Assembly: GCA_965116445.1 (NCBI GenBank) | Contig: OZ220688.1 | Location: forward strand, 2,639,654 to 2,703,653 | DNA length: 64,000 bases | Direction: 5' to 3' | Source: Thermoanaerobaculia bacterium | GTDB lineage: Bacteria > Acidobacteriota > Thermoanaerobaculia > Multivoradales > Multivoraceae | Shown here: piece after piece, positions 9,152 to 20,449 of the stretch | Position numbering within the stretch: the first letter of the stretch is position 1 | How the letters are laid out: every line of letters starts with the position of its first letter | Translations under genes and position numbers: made by a program | The notes under the pieces: generated by a model | Seen by the model: the letters and a program-made list of their open reading frames with translations, nothing else | The model's database searches: none | Told to the model about the DNA's origin: nothing

Positions 9152-10381
9152 ATGCCCGAAACCGTGAACCTCCTGGATCCCGATCTCTTCCCCAAGGGCA
9201 GCGGCCCGCCGCACGACGTGTTCAGCGCGTGGCGGAAGGACGATCCGCTGCACTGGAACCCGCCGAATCCGGACTATCCGCCGCCGGGGATGGCGGTGGC
9301 CACGCGGGGCTTCTACGTGCTGACCCGCTACCAGGACGTGGCGGAAGTGTCCCGCAACCAGCGGGTCTTCTCGTCTCACACGGGCGGACCGATCATCTGG
9401 GATCTCGAAGGCGAGCCGCTGCACCGGCAACAGGCCGGCCTGATGGGCATGCCGATGGAGCAGCACCGCGCTGTCCGCCGCTTGATCGTGCCGCCCTTCA
9501 CCCGCAGCGAGCTGATGGCCTTCCAGCCGCAAATCGACGCCGTCGCGACGGAGATCGTCGACGATGTCGCCGGCGCCGGCGAATGCGAGTACGTGTTCGA
9601 CATGGCCTCCAAGCTGCCGGTGTACACCTTCTGCAGCCTGACCGGCGTGCCGCCCGAGAAGCGGGAGAAGGTGGCCCAGCTCGGCAACATGAACGCCGAC
9701 GTCGAGAACTTCAACCCCGAGGAGATGGACCTCACGGCGGAGCTGTTCCAGATCGCCATGCAGATCACGGCCGAGAAGCAGGCGCACCCCGACGACTCCC
9801 TGATGAGCCGCCTCGTCCACGCCGAGGTGGACGGCGAAAAGCTCGACCCGCTCCAGTTGAACATGTTCTTCCTCGTCATGTCGATCGCCGGGCACGAGAC
9901 GACCCGCGGCACCGGGGGCCACTTCATCCGGCTGATGAGCGAGCACCCGGACCAGTACGAGATGATCTGCTCCGATCCCGACCGTTACCTGCCGAACGCG
10001 ATCGAGGAGGTGCTGCGGTATGCGCCGCCGGTCACGAACTTCCGGCGCACGGTGACGGAGGAAGTCACGCTGCACGGCAAGACGCTGAAGGAGGGTGACA
10101 AGATCTACCTGTCCTACCCGGCGGCGAACCGCGACCCCGAGATGTTCCCCGACCCGGACCGGTTCGACATCACCCGGGAGAACGCGGCCCGTCACCTCGC
10201 CTTCGGCATCGGCCCGCACGCCTGCATCGGCGCGCGGCTGGCGCGGATGCAGCTCTTTGCGCTGCTCAAGGAGATCGTGACCCGAATTCCCGACATCCAG
10301 CCCGGCAAGATGGAACGGTTACGGTCGATCTGGTTCGACTCGATCATGCGGATGCCGGTGACCTTCACGCCGGAGGCGTAG
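9152..10381 (+). CDS. cytochrome P450
   Basis: Heme-binding loop FGIGPHACIGARLARMQ, I-helix AGHETT and ExxR (EEVLRY); 409 aa. Confidence 0.9.
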   Translation: MPETVNLLDPDLFPKGSGPPHDVFSAWRKDDPLHWNPPNPDYPPPGMAVATRGFYVLTRYQDVAEVSRNQRVFSSHTGGPIIWDLEGEPLHRQQAGLMGMPMEQHRAVRRLIVPPFTRSELMAFQPQIDAVATEIVDDVAGAGECEYVFDMASKLPVYTFCSLTGVPPEKREKVAQLGNMNADVENFNPEEMDLTAELFQIAMQITAEKQAHPDDSLMSRLVHAEVDGEKLDPLQLNMFFLVMSIAGHETTRGTGGHFIRLMSEHPDQYEMICSDPDRYLPNAIEEVLRYAPPVTNFRRTVTEEVTLHGKTLKEGDKIYLSYPAANRDPEMFPDPDRFDITRENAARHLAFGIGPHACIGARLARMQLFALLKEIVTRIPDIQPGKMERLRSIWFDSIMRMPVTFTPEA

Positions 10382-10479
10382 CCGCCCGCGGGGTCGGCGC
10401 ACCGGTCGCGCCACGTCACCGCCACATACTCCAACCGCTCCCTGCCGCAGCCGGGAACCAACCCTCACGGAGAGACTCG

Positions 10480-11547
10480 ATGCACGTCCGACTCCTCACC
10501 CGTTGCAGCCAGCTTGCGCCCGCGACAGCCGCTCTTGCGGCCCTGACTCTCTTCGGCTCCGCTGGCGTTGCCCAGTTCGGGGCCGTTCCGCCCGACCGTT
10601 CCTCCCTGCTGCACGACGGTGCGATGCATGTCGTGATCTGCGGCAGCGGGGCGCCGCTGCCGAGCGCCGACCGTGCACAGGCCTGCACCGCGGTGATCGT
10701 CGATGGCCGCATCTTTCTGGTCGACGTCGGCAGCGGATCGCTCGAGAATCTTCGGCTTTGGGGGATCCCGCTCGAGTCGCTTGCCGGCGTCGTGCTGACC
10801 CACTTCCACTCCGACCACATCGCGGACGTCGGCCAGACGATCTTCTCGAGCTGGGTGGCGGGCCGCGCCGAGCCGCTCGACATCTACGGGCCGGCCGGCG
10901 TGGAGCGGGTGGTCGAGGGCTTTCTCACCGCCTACGAGCTGGACTCGTCCTACCGGATCGCCCATCACGGGGAGGACCTCCTGCCGCCAGCCGGCGCGAA
11001 GGCGGAAGCCCGGACGATCGACCTTTCCGACACGGAGCCGTCCAGGGTGTTCTACGAGGAGGACGGCCTCGTGATCACCGCCTTCCTGGTCGATCACGAA
11101 CCGATCGTCCCGGCCGTCGGCTACCGGTTCGACTTCGGCGGCCGTTCGGTCGTCCTGAGCGGCGACACGGTGTACTCCGCGAACCTCGAGGCGGCGAGCC
11201 AGGGCGTCGACGTGCTGGTCCACGAGGTCCTGTCCGACGCCGTGATGGGCATGGCGGCCCAGGCCCTGTCCGCTGGCGGGAACGAACGGACCGGGCAGAT
11301 CGTCAAGGACACGCTGGACTACCACATCTACCCGGCCGACCTGCACGCCCTGGCCGCCGAGGCGGGCGTCGGCCTGCTCGTGCTCAGTCACCTCGCGCCG
11401 CCCCTGCCGCCCGCCCAGGCCGACGCCGTGTTCCTGCGCGGCCGCGCGGACGATGCGCCGAACGACGCCCTGGTCGCCGTGGACGGCACGCACATCGTCC
11501 TGCCCGTCGACAGCGACGAACGGACCGTCGAGACCTTCCAACCCTAG
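10480..11547 (+). CDS. MBL-fold metallo-hydrolase (secreted)
   Basis: N-terminal signal peptide followed by the HxHxDH motif (LTHFHSDHIADVG) and downstream His/Asp ligands. Confidence 0.8.
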   Translation: MHVRLLTRCSQLAPATAALAALTLFGSAGVAQFGAVPPDRSSLLHDGAMHVVICGSGAPLPSADRAQACTAVIVDGRIFLVDVGSGSLENLRLWGIPLESLAGVVLTHFHSDHIADVGQTIFSSWVAGRAEPLDIYGPAGVERVVEGFLTAYELDSSYRIAHHGEDLLPPAGAKAEARTIDLSDTEPSRVFYEEDGLVITAFLVDHEPIVPAVGYRFDFGGRSVVLSGDTVYSANLEAASQGVDVLVHEVLSDAVMGMAAQALSAGGNERTGQIVKDTLDYHIYPADLHALAAEAGVGLLVLSHLAPPLPPAQADAVFLRGRADDAPNDALVAVDGTHIVLPVDSDERTVETFQP

Positions 11548-11586
11548 CCAGCCCTGCTTGTCCCCGGCGCGACCGGCATACCCAAG

Positions 11587-12375
11587 CTACGCGGTTTGCC
11601 GAAGCTCCCGGAACAGCGCAACGAACTCGGACAAGCCAAGGCTCTCCGCCCGCGCGGTGGACGGCAGGTAGAGCGCCGACAGCGCCGCTTCGGCCGCCGA
11701 CCGACCCACGGTCGACCGGAAGTTGTTGACGAGCGTCTTGCGCCGCTGGCTGAACGCGGCGCGCACGAAGCCGGCAAACGCCGACCACTCCGCTTCGTCG
11801 ACCGGCGTCGCCCTACGCTCCAGTCCCACGAACGCGCTCGTCACCGCCGGCGGCGGCACGAAGCTGCCGGGCCGAACGACCGACAGCCGGCGCACTGTTG
11901 CCCGCGCACCGACCAGGACGCTCAATCCGCCGTAGTCGGAATCGCCCGGCCCCGCCGCCAGCCGCTGAGCGACCTCGCGCTGCACCAGGAACGCCGCCCG
12001 GGCGCCGACCGGCGCCCGCTCGAGGACGGCGAGAACGATCCGGGTCGCCACGTTGTACGGCAGGTTACCGGCGATCCGGGTCGAAGCAGGCACTGCCTGG
12101 TAGCGCAAATCGCAACCGTCGCCGGCGACCAGAACCAGGCGCGGATCCGTGATCCGCCGGCGCAAGGTAAACGTCCACAGCAGGTCGAGTTCGCAAGCGA
12201 TCACACGGCTCGCGCCACTTTCCAGCAGCAAGCGGGTCAGGACACCGCCACCGGAGCCGATCTCGACGACGCTGCGACCGGCGACGTCCAGAAAGTCGAC
12301 GGCGGGAATCGCGGACTCCGGATGGCGAAGATGGTGCTGGCCCAGAGACTTCCGGAGCGGGGGAACGCGACTCAC
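11587..12375 (-). CDS. rsmA: 16S rRNA (adenine1518-N6/adenine1519-N6)-dimethyltransferase
   Basis: KSLGQHHL...VVEIGSGGGVLTRLL...GNLPYNVATRIV are KsgA/RsmA motifs. The ORF-track start at 12687 is over-extended. A GTG at 12373-12375, with GGGAGAGG overlapping it, gives MSRVPPLRKSLGQHHL and a 263-aa product matching family length. Confidence 0.85.
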   Translation of the reverse strand: MSRVPPLRKSLGQHHLRHPESAIPAVDFLDVAGRSVVEIGSGGGVLTRLLLESGASRVIACELDLLWTFTLRRRITDPRLVLVAGDGCDLRYQAVPASTRIAGNLPYNVATRIVLAVLERAPVGARAAFLVQREVAQRLAAGPGDSDYGGLSVLVGARATVRRLSVVRPGSFVPPPAVTSAFVGLERRATPVDEAEWSAFAGFVRAAFSQRRKTLVNNFRSTVGRSAAEAALSALYLPSTARAESLGLSEFVALFRELRQTA

Positions 12376-12418
12376 CTCTCCCGCACGGTAGCAGCGCTCC
12401 GCATAAGCTCGCGACGCA

Positions 12419-13069
12419 GTGACCAGCGGCACGAGAACCTCGACCCGCGCTCTGGCGGCACGGGCAGCCGCCGCGATACGGCGAGTTGTCCCCGATCGTC
12501 GCGAAGAGTCGGCCCCGGGACGAGACAGTCTGACCGGTCTCTTCGACGGCCGGGCTCTCCACAAGGCTCTCGCCACGGCGGTCGCAGACGCCGAGCAGCG
12601 AGGCGACGATGTCGGCTTGCTGTTCCTCGACCTCGACCACTTCAAGCGGATAAACGACCGGCACGGCCACCAGGCCGGCAGCCGCATCCTGCGTCAGGCC
12701 GCGACACTGTTCCAGACCGCCGCCGGCGGCGCGGGAGGCTTCGCCGCGCGCTACGGCGGCGATGAGTTCGTGCTGGTTCTGCCCGGAACCGACATCGACC
12801 ACGCGGTCGGGCGAGCCGAGCTCCTGCGTGCCAGCGTGGCGTCGACCCTGTTCCCCGGCGGCGCCGACACCGTGTCCCGGCCGGTGGTCAGCCTGACCTG
12901 CTCCATCGGCGCCGCCAGCCTCCTTCGCCTTCCGGCCGCACGGGCCGACTCCGGGGAAAGCACCGCCGCGCGCCTGCTCCGCAGGGCCGACGACGCGATG
13001 TACTCGGCGAAGAGAGCCGGCCGGAATCGAGTCACGGCACTCGACGCCAGGGCGGCCGGTGTCGCCTGA
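12419..13069 (+). CDS. GGDEF-domain diguanylate cyclase (stand-alone, no sensor domain)
   Basis: DSLTGLFDGRALHKAL...RYGGDEFVLVLPG...SIGAAS shows the GGDEF active-site motif. Only ~40 aa precede the domain. Confidence 0.75.
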   Translation: MTSGTRTSTRALAARAAAAIRRVVPDRREESAPGRDSLTGLFDGRALHKALATAVADAEQRGDDVGLLFLDLDHFKRINDRHGHQAGSRILRQAATLFQTAAGGAGGFAARYGGDEFVLVLPGTDIDHAVGRAELLRASVASTLFPGGADTVSRPVVSLTCSIGAASLLRLPAARADSGESTAARLLRRADDAMYSAKRAGRNRVTALDARAAGVA

Positions 13070-13087
13070 CCGCCGGGTCGACTCGGT

Positions 13088-15268
13088 TCACTCCAGGCCG
13101 CAGCGGGAACTCCAGAACGGTTCCGGCGCGGTCTGGGGCAACCGGGTCGCGGCCGGCAGGTCGTGGGCAACGATCGCGTCGAGGCGGTGCCTGCGCAGCG
13201 GCACGGCGCCGATCGAGAGGGGCCACGGCGGCCGACGGAAAGCGAACAGGCTGAAGGACACCGCCGGCCGAGCGTCGGCGTCAATGGAAAGCACGTCCCG
13301 TGGCGGCCCCTCGGCTCCGTTCGACCAGTCCAACCGCTGCCACAGGTCCTCGAGTGACTCGGGCCAGCCAGGCGGCAGGCCGGGCCAGGCCAGGATCCGG
13401 CGACGGACCTCAGCGCGCAGATCCGGATCGCCCTCGAAGACGGCGGCAGCCAGGAGCAGCGGCTCCGCGAGAATCGCCCGTGCCGCTCGCGCCGCTACCC
13501 GTGGATCCTCCGCTGCACCCCCCTCCCCGCGTTCCAGGCGCATCAGTTCGAACGGCGCAAGCGCCGACAGCGGATCGAGATCGCAGGCCCGCTCCAGGGC
13601 ATCTCGCCTCTGATCGGCGTCAGCATCCTCCACGATGCCGGCCAGCAACCAGAACGGCGCCAGTCCGTCGGCGGCCCTGGCCGCAGCCCACGGTTCGAGA
13701 CGCGCCCGGTAGAGCGGAAACGCGGGGTCGGCGCCGGCTGCCGCGCGCAAAGCGGCCACCGTCCGGGCGGGAACGTCCGTTCCTTCCTCCACCGTGGCGG
13801 CGGCAACTGCCGCGCGAGCGTACGACCGGGAAGCCCAAGCGCGTTCCAGCGACCAGGCAAGACCCACCGCGAGCGAGCAGAAGAACGCCACGCGAGCCCA
13901 CACAGGAGCCCCACCGCCGAGCACCCGCGCCGGAGCCGCGCCGGGCCCGTGCGCCGCCACTGCCAGGCCCAGATTCAGGATCAGCATCGCCGGTACCGCG
14001 GCCACTACGGCGAAGACTCCGAACACCATGCAGACAAGGGTCCCCAGCAGACCCGACAACGCCGCCGCCAGCAGTTCCGGATCCCGTATCGCACGCAGAC
14101 CCGCCACCGTCGCCGCGTCCTCGGCTCCCGCGGTCCCGGCGCCTTCGCTACCCGGTTCCCGCGCCGCGCGAACCAGCTCGGCAAGTCGAGCCCGTCCAAA
14201 ACGCCCCACAACGGCCAGCAGGAGCAGGGAACCGACGATCCCGAGTTCGTACGGCGCCTGGGCCAACAGAGTATGGGCGTCCGTGACGACTTCTCCTGGA
14301 GGGTGAACGCCCGGCGCCGGATGCCAGTGGCGCGCCAGGGTCCAACTCGTCGCGCCCGGACCCCAGCCCAGGATCGGACGCTCCAGGAAGCCGTCGAAAG
14401 CGGCAGTCGCGTACGTTCGGCGTGCGAGAAGCGACGGATCCTCAAGTCTCAGGACCGCACCCACTCTCTTCACCGGACCCGGTACGTCGAGCCGCGATCC
14501 AGCCTGGCCCGCGGCGAGCGTCAGCCCGCTGGCAACGACCAGAAAGAGAGCCAACCGCGCCAGCCATCGGCGGCCCCCGGTCCGCCACAGCGCCCACCCC
14601 GACGCCACCACGACCTGGACACCCACCGCGGCCAAACCCGACAGCGAACCCGTGGCGGCCAGAGTCCAGATCAGGACCGCACCGACAAGGAGCGTGGCGC
14701 CCTGGCGCAGCCGCGGCCTTTCCGAGCCGAACAGGCGCCACGCGCCGAGCGCCGCCGGCGGCAGAAGGGCTATGAGGACCAGCGCCAACTGGTTGTGATG
14801 GCCGATCGGCATCGCCGCCCGACCCTGTTCATGCAGGGGTTGCAGGCCCAGCGCCCAGGCCGACGCCGCGACACCGACGACGGCGCAGCCGCCCAGTGCC
14901 CATCGGGCGGCGGCGGCCGAGCCGAGCAGACGGCCGATCCCACCGGCCGCCCATGCCGCGGGCAGCAAGAAGACCACGAACGCCTCGCCAGCGCGGCTCA
15001 CCGGAGACAGGAGCCAGCTCGAGGCCGCGGCCAGCCACAGCAACGGGAGCAACGCCGGCCACCAGCGGCCTCCGGCCGTCCCAAGCGCCAGAGGGTCGAG
15101 GAACGACCCGCGGCCGGCCCAGGCGAAGGCCAGAAGCAACACGGCGCCCGTAACCTGGGCTGCCGCGGCGACGCCGAGATGGAAGGTCCCCGCGTAGAAG
15201 ACGATCGCCGCCAGGCTCAGGGTGACGAACAACGCCGCGCCGCGTTCCCGCCACGGGCGTTCAGACAT
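13088..15268 (-). CDS. O-antigen ligase / Wzy_C family membrane protein with a ~300-aa C-terminal Ala-rich soluble extension
   Basis: Multiple TM helices plus the ligase-family loop (RRTYATAAFDGFLERPILGWGPGATSW); 726 aa. Confidence 0.65.
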   Translation of the reverse strand: MSERPWRERGAALFVTLSLAAIVFYAGTFHLGVAAAAQVTGAVLLLAFAWAGRGSFLDPLALGTAGGRWWPALLPLLWLAAASSWLLSPVSRAGEAFVVFLLPAAWAAGGIGRLLGSAAAARWALGGCAVVGVAASAWALGLQPLHEQGRAAMPIGHHNQLALVLIALLPPAALGAWRLFGSERPRLRQGATLLVGAVLIWTLAATGSLSGLAAVGVQVVVASGWALWRTGGRRWLARLALFLVVASGLTLAAGQAGSRLDVPGPVKRVGAVLRLEDPSLLARRTYATAAFDGFLERPILGWGPGATSWTLARHWHPAPGVHPPGEVVTDAHTLLAQAPYELGIVGSLLLLAVVGRFGRARLAELVRAAREPGSEGAGTAGAEDAATVAGLRAIRDPELLAAALSGLLGTLVCMVFGVFAVVAAVPAMLILNLGLAVAAHGPGAAPARVLGGGAPVWARVAFFCSLAVGLAWSLERAWASRSYARAAVAAATVEEGTDVPARTVAALRAAAGADPAFPLYRARLEPWAAARAADGLAPFWLLAGIVEDADADQRRDALERACDLDPLSALAPFELMRLERGEGGAAEDPRVAARAARAILAEPLLLAAAVFEGDPDLRAEVRRRILAWPGLPPGWPESLEDLWQRLDWSNGAEGPPRDVLSIDADARPAVSFSLFAFRRPPWPLSIGAVPLRRHRLDAIVAHDLPAATRLPQTAPEPFWSSRCGLE

Positions 15269-15286
15269 CGCTAACGACCCGCCGGC

Positions 15287-16564
<1,278 letters not shown>

Positions 16565-16593
16565 GGCAACGCGGGGCGAGGCGGGCGACGAAA

Positions 16594-17940
16594 TCAGTTC
16601 GAGGCTCCTCGCGCGCCTCGGGACATGGCCGCGAGAAAGTCGGCATTCGAGGGCGTGTTCTTGAGCCGCTCCTGGAGAACCTCCATGCTCTCGACGACCG
16701 GTAGCGGGTTCAACACCTTGCGCAGCACCCACACCCGCTGGAGTTCGTCCGGCGACAACAGCAGCTCCTCCTTGCGGGTGCCCGACTTGTCGATGTCGAT
16801 GGCCGGGAAGATCCGCTTGTCGACCAGTTTGCGGTCGAGATGCAACTCCGAGTTGCCGGTGCCCTTGAACTCCTCGAAGATCACGTCGTCCATCCGGCTG
16901 CCGGTGTCGATCAGCGCGGTGGCGACGATGGTCAGCGAACCGCCACCCTCGATGTTCCGGGCGGCGCCGAAGAAGCGCTTCGGCCGCTGCAACGCGTTCG
17001 CGTCGATGCCGCCCGACAGCACCTTGCCCGAGGGCGGCTGCACCGTGTTGTAGGCGCGCGCCAACCGCGTGATCGAGTCGAGCAGGATGACGACGTCCTT
17101 GCCGTACTCGACCAGGCGCTTCGCCTTCTCGATCACCATCTCGGCGACCTGGGTATGGCGCGAAGCGGGCTCGTCGAAAGTGGACGACACGACCTCGCCC
17201 TTGACCGAACGCTCCATGTCGGTCACTTCCTCGGGCCTCTCGTCGATCAACAGAACGACGAGCACGACTTCGGGATGATTCGTCGCGACGGAGTGCGCCA
17301 ACGACTGCAGCAGCATCGTCTTGCCGGTGCGCGGCGGCGCCACGATCAGGGCGCGCTGACCCTTGCCCATCGGCGTGACCAGGTCCGTGACTCGCGACGA
17401 AATGTCTCCTTCCACCTCGAGGCGGAGGCGCTCGTCCGGGTAAAGCGGGGTCAAGTTGTCGAAGAAGATCTTCTGGCGCACGACGTCCGGATGCTCGAAG
17501 TTCACGGCCTCCAGCTTGATCAGCGCCAAGTACCGCTCGCCCTTGTTCATCGGCTGGCGCACCTGACCGGAAACCGTGTCCCCGGTGCGCAGATCGAACC
17601 GCCGGATCTGGCTGCGGGAGACGTAGATGTCGTCCGGACCCGGGAGGTAGCTGTACTCCGGAGCCCGCAGGAAGCCGTAGCCGTCGCTCAGGCACTCGAG
17701 CACGCCCTCGCCGAAGAGCAACCCGCTCTTCTCCGTCTGCGCCTCCAGGATCTTGAAGCTCAACTGCTGTCTGGCCATGCCAGCCGCACCGACGACCTCC
17801 AGCTCCCGCGCCAGCTTGAGGAGGTCGCGGTTGCTCAAGTCCTTCAGGGCCTTCAGGTCGAAGGCCAGCTCCGCGCTGGCAGCCGCCCGAGCGCCGCCAT
17901 TCCCGCTCCCCGCCGCTTCCCGGGCTCCGTTTGTCGTCAT
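16594..17940 (-). CDS. rho: transcription termination factor Rho
   Basis: 448 aa with the N-terminal RNA-binding domain, Walker A (APPRTGKT), and Q- and R-loops; unmistakable. Confidence 0.95.
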   Translation of the reverse strand: MTTNGAREAAGSGNGGARAAASAELAFDLKALKDLSNRDLLKLARELEVVGAAGMARQQLSFKILEAQTEKSGLLFGEGVLECLSDGYGFLRAPEYSYLPGPDDIYVSRSQIRRFDLRTGDTVSGQVRQPMNKGERYLALIKLEAVNFEHPDVVRQKIFFDNLTPLYPDERLRLEVEGDISSRVTDLVTPMGKGQRALIVAPPRTGKTMLLQSLAHSVATNHPEVVLVVLLIDERPEEVTDMERSVKGEVVSSTFDEPASRHTQVAEMVIEKAKRLVEYGKDVVILLDSITRLARAYNTVQPPSGKVLSGGIDANALQRPKRFFGAARNIEGGGSLTIVATALIDTGSRMDDVIFEEFKGTGNSELHLDRKLVDKRIFPAIDIDKSGTRKEELLLSPDELQRVWVLRKVLNPLPVVESMEVLQERLKNTPSNADFLAAMSRGARGASN

Positions 17941-18560
17941 CTTCTCAGGTCCTCGGCATCGTTGGCGCCGGCAGGGCTGGACTCCGGGTTCGTCAAGACT
18001 CCCAGCAGCCGCGCGACTCCTTCACCAGTTCGAGACGACACGGGAAACAGTGCCGCCCCCGCCGGCATTCCCAACAGCTCTGCAACTTCGGCAAGGGTTC
18101 GAGCTCGAGCGCCGCGTTTTACGCGGTCGATCTTGGTGACCGCAACAACGGGATCGAACTCCAGACTACGAAGGTACCCGTACGCTTCGGAGTCGAGTGG
18201 TGTGCCGGCGATCTTACCATCCACCAGCAGGACCACCGTGGCCAGATCCGGGGCCGACCGGAGGTAGAGGTCCACGCTCCTCCCCCACGCCTCCCGTTCC
18301 CGTTTCGACACCCGCGCGTATCCGTATCCCGGCAGGTCGACGACGTACCAGGACTCGTCGATCAGAAAGAAATTCACGGTCCGGGTGCGCCCCGGCGTGG
18401 AACTCGTGCGCGCCAGGTTCTTGCGGCCCAGCATCCGGTTGATCAGGCTCGACTTGCCAACGTTCGACCGTCCGGCGAAGACGACCTGGGGACGACCGTC
18501 CCTGGGCAGATCGACCGACCGTACGGCCGATACGACGAAACGCGCGCTCTGGACCTTCAC
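17937..18560 (-). CDS. engB: ribosome biogenesis GTP-binding protein YihA/YsxC
   Basis: [16 protein letters not shown]...DLPGYGYA...TKIDRV G-motifs. GTG at 18558-18560 is preceded by GGGAGGA with a 7-nt spacer. The stop overlaps the rho start (ATGA). Confidence 0.85.
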   Translation of the reverse strand: MKVQSARFVVSAVRSVDLPRDGRPQVVFAGRSNVGKSSLINRMLGRKNLARTSSTPGRTRTVNFFLIDESWYVVDLPGYGYARVSKREREAWGRSVDLYLRSAPDLATVVLLVDGKIAGTPLDSEAYGYLRSLEFDPVVAVTKIDRVKRGARARTLAEVAELLGMPAGAALFPVSSRTGEGVARLLGVLTNPESSPAGANDAEDLRR

Positions 18561-18675
18561 GGTCCAATCCTCCCGGTCTTCCAGAAGTCCACGCGCAGAC
18601 GCGGACTCCCGCGGACCCGCCGCAGCTTCCGACTCTTCACCTCGCTGATCCGCCCAGTGTCGCCGCACCCGCCTT

Positions 18676-18984
18676 TCACGGCGGCACGACGGTGGCGGTA
18701 AACGAGTCGGAGTCCGTGGCGCCCGCGCTGTCTGTCACCTTGTACGTGATGTTGTAGGTCGTACTCCTGCTCACAGTCGGCAGGGTCCCCCTGGCGACCC
18801 TCGTTGCGGCGTTGAACGTGATCCCGGGAGGAAGCCCCGACAGACTGTACCTGTAAGGAGGCGTACCTCCCGTCGCAACCGGAAAGAGCGTGTTCACCCT
18901 GCCCGCGGACGGGAGGTTGCTGAAGTTCGGAATGTCCGGCGCCGACAGCGGCGGTCGCGGCGGCGGCGCGGATGTGAGTTCCAC
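18676..18984 (-). CDS. Fn3 / putative Ig-domain (He_PIG-like) protein fragment; the open frame continues without a start codon up to a TAG at 19195-19197
   Basis: GGTPPYRYSLSGLPPGITFNAATRVARGTLPTVSRSTTYNITYKVTDSAGATDSDSF matches the putative-Ig-domain consensus. The same frame upstream reads SWSVTTAAGLTRHYRVRAVSSLGNGAWSS, an Fn3 F/G-strand. The first possible start is the GTG at 18984, so this is probably a remnant or the frameshifted 3' part of the upstream gene. Confidence 0.45.
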   Translation of the reverse strand: MELTSAPPPRPPLSAPDIPNFSNLPSAGRVNTLFPVATGGTPPYRYSLSGLPPGITFNAATRVARGTLPTVSRSTTYNITYKVTDSAGATDSDSFTATVVPP

Positions 18985-19186
18985 ATGGGAAGACCACGCC
19001 CCGTTCCCGAGCGAACTGACCGCGCGGACGCGATAGTGCCGGGTCAGGCCCGCCGCCGTCGTGACGCTCCACGACCTGGCCCTTGGCGGGATGTTCGACG
19101 CTGTCGGCGATCCCGCGCCCGGCCACCTCCACGAGCTCGTCGCGCTGCGGCCAGCACTGCAACTGCTGACGCGGCGATGCGACGCC

Positions 19187-20152
19187 TCAACGCTCTACTT
19201 CTGGACAGTCAAAGCTGAGCGTCCACCCGCCGTCACGCGTGACGGAAAGACCGTCGATGGGACATTCGGCACGGGCCGCAGCCGACGACCGCATCGTCCG
19301 CGCGAACTCGCGCCGAGCGCCGGAAGCAGGACTCTGGCGAGCCAAGTGTGCAGTGGCCTCAAGGAAACCGCCGAAGTCCAGGCGGTCGACGTAGGCCCGC
19401 AACGCCCCGATGGTGCCGAGGCTCTTTGTGGATCCGCTCGCGAATGCGCGCTCAAGGCGGCCATCGGACTTCAGCTCAAACAGCATTCCAGTCACCCGAC
19501 TTTCGGTGGAGACGATGCCACTTAGCCACGCGCCGATCACAACAACGCGGTCGCCGAGTTGCGGCTCGTAGTCGACTCCTTCGTCGCGGTCGTGGCAGAA
19601 CGGGATGCCCCCGATCACCATCCTCCGCAGCGGAATCAGGACGTAGTCGGGAATCGGGGACCGATCGGTGAGTTGCACTCCGTCCGACAGCCCCAGGAGC
19701 ACCATCGGGCCAGCCCCTCCGGAGAACCCGGGGATGATCTCGGACACCGTCGCGGTGACAGCCACCTCAGACAAAAGGAGGGTCCCTTCCAGCGTTCCAA
19801 TCTCCGGATCCGGAGGTAACACCGTCAATCTCTCGTAGTCAGGAACGTAACAGTACGACTCCGGCGGGTAGCTGAGTTCGGCCAGACTCCGCGATTCGGC
19901 GGAACCGAACTTCTCCTTGAACTGGTCGATCTTCTCCTTCGCCCAGATCGCTGTTGCGCGATCGATCTGCCCAAAGTCCGGCAGCGACCACTTGATTGAG
20001 CCGTCAGGCTCGACGGACTTCGACGCCGCCCTCCAGAGCGGCCAGTCCCCGAGTGATTCGCCCAGACTCTCCGGATACTCCTGTCCGGCGACCAGCCCTG
20101 CCAGTAGTGTCACTGCGACACCCAGCATCGGGATGCGCGTGCTCCTGCTCAT
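19187..20152 (-). CDS. hypothetical secreted protein (Sec signal peptide), lower GC than neighbours
   Basis: 321-aa ORF. N-terminus MSRSTRIPMLGVAVTLLAGLVAGQEYPES. I recognised no family. Confidence 0.5.
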   Translation of the reverse strand: MSRSTRIPMLGVAVTLLAGLVAGQEYPESLGESLGDWPLWRAASKSVEPDGSIKWSLPDFGQIDRATAIWAKEKIDQFKEKFGSAESRSLAELSYPPESYCYVPDYERLTVLPPDPEIGTLEGTLLLSEVAVTATVSEIIPGFSGGAGPMVLLGLSDGVQLTDRSPIPDYVLIPLRRMVIGGIPFCHDRDEGVDYEPQLGDRVVVIGAWLSGIVSTESRVTGMLFELKSDGRLERAFASGSTKSLGTIGALRAYVDRLDFGGFLEATAHLARQSPASGARREFARTMRSSAAARAECPIDGLSVTRDGGWTLSFDCPEVER

Positions 20153-20449
20153 TCGTCTCGCCGTCTCCTGCCGTTGCCCCCTGCCGCCGAGAACGCACCG
20201 CGAAGTCGATGGCCTTCGCCAACTCGGGAGTACGCATCGGAACCGTCCCGAATCTCGTCCGAGTTGGACACGACGCTGCCGACACTCCTAGCAGCCCGTG
20301 GTGGAAGTCCCGCTCGCACCGAGAGCGGTCAGGCGCGCGTCCAACAAGGCGCGATGAGGGAGCATATCGGGCCATATTCGACCGAAGAGCAACGATGTTG
20401 GACGTGATGTATGGCCGCTCGAATGCAGTGGGACTTTCACCACGGGCTG

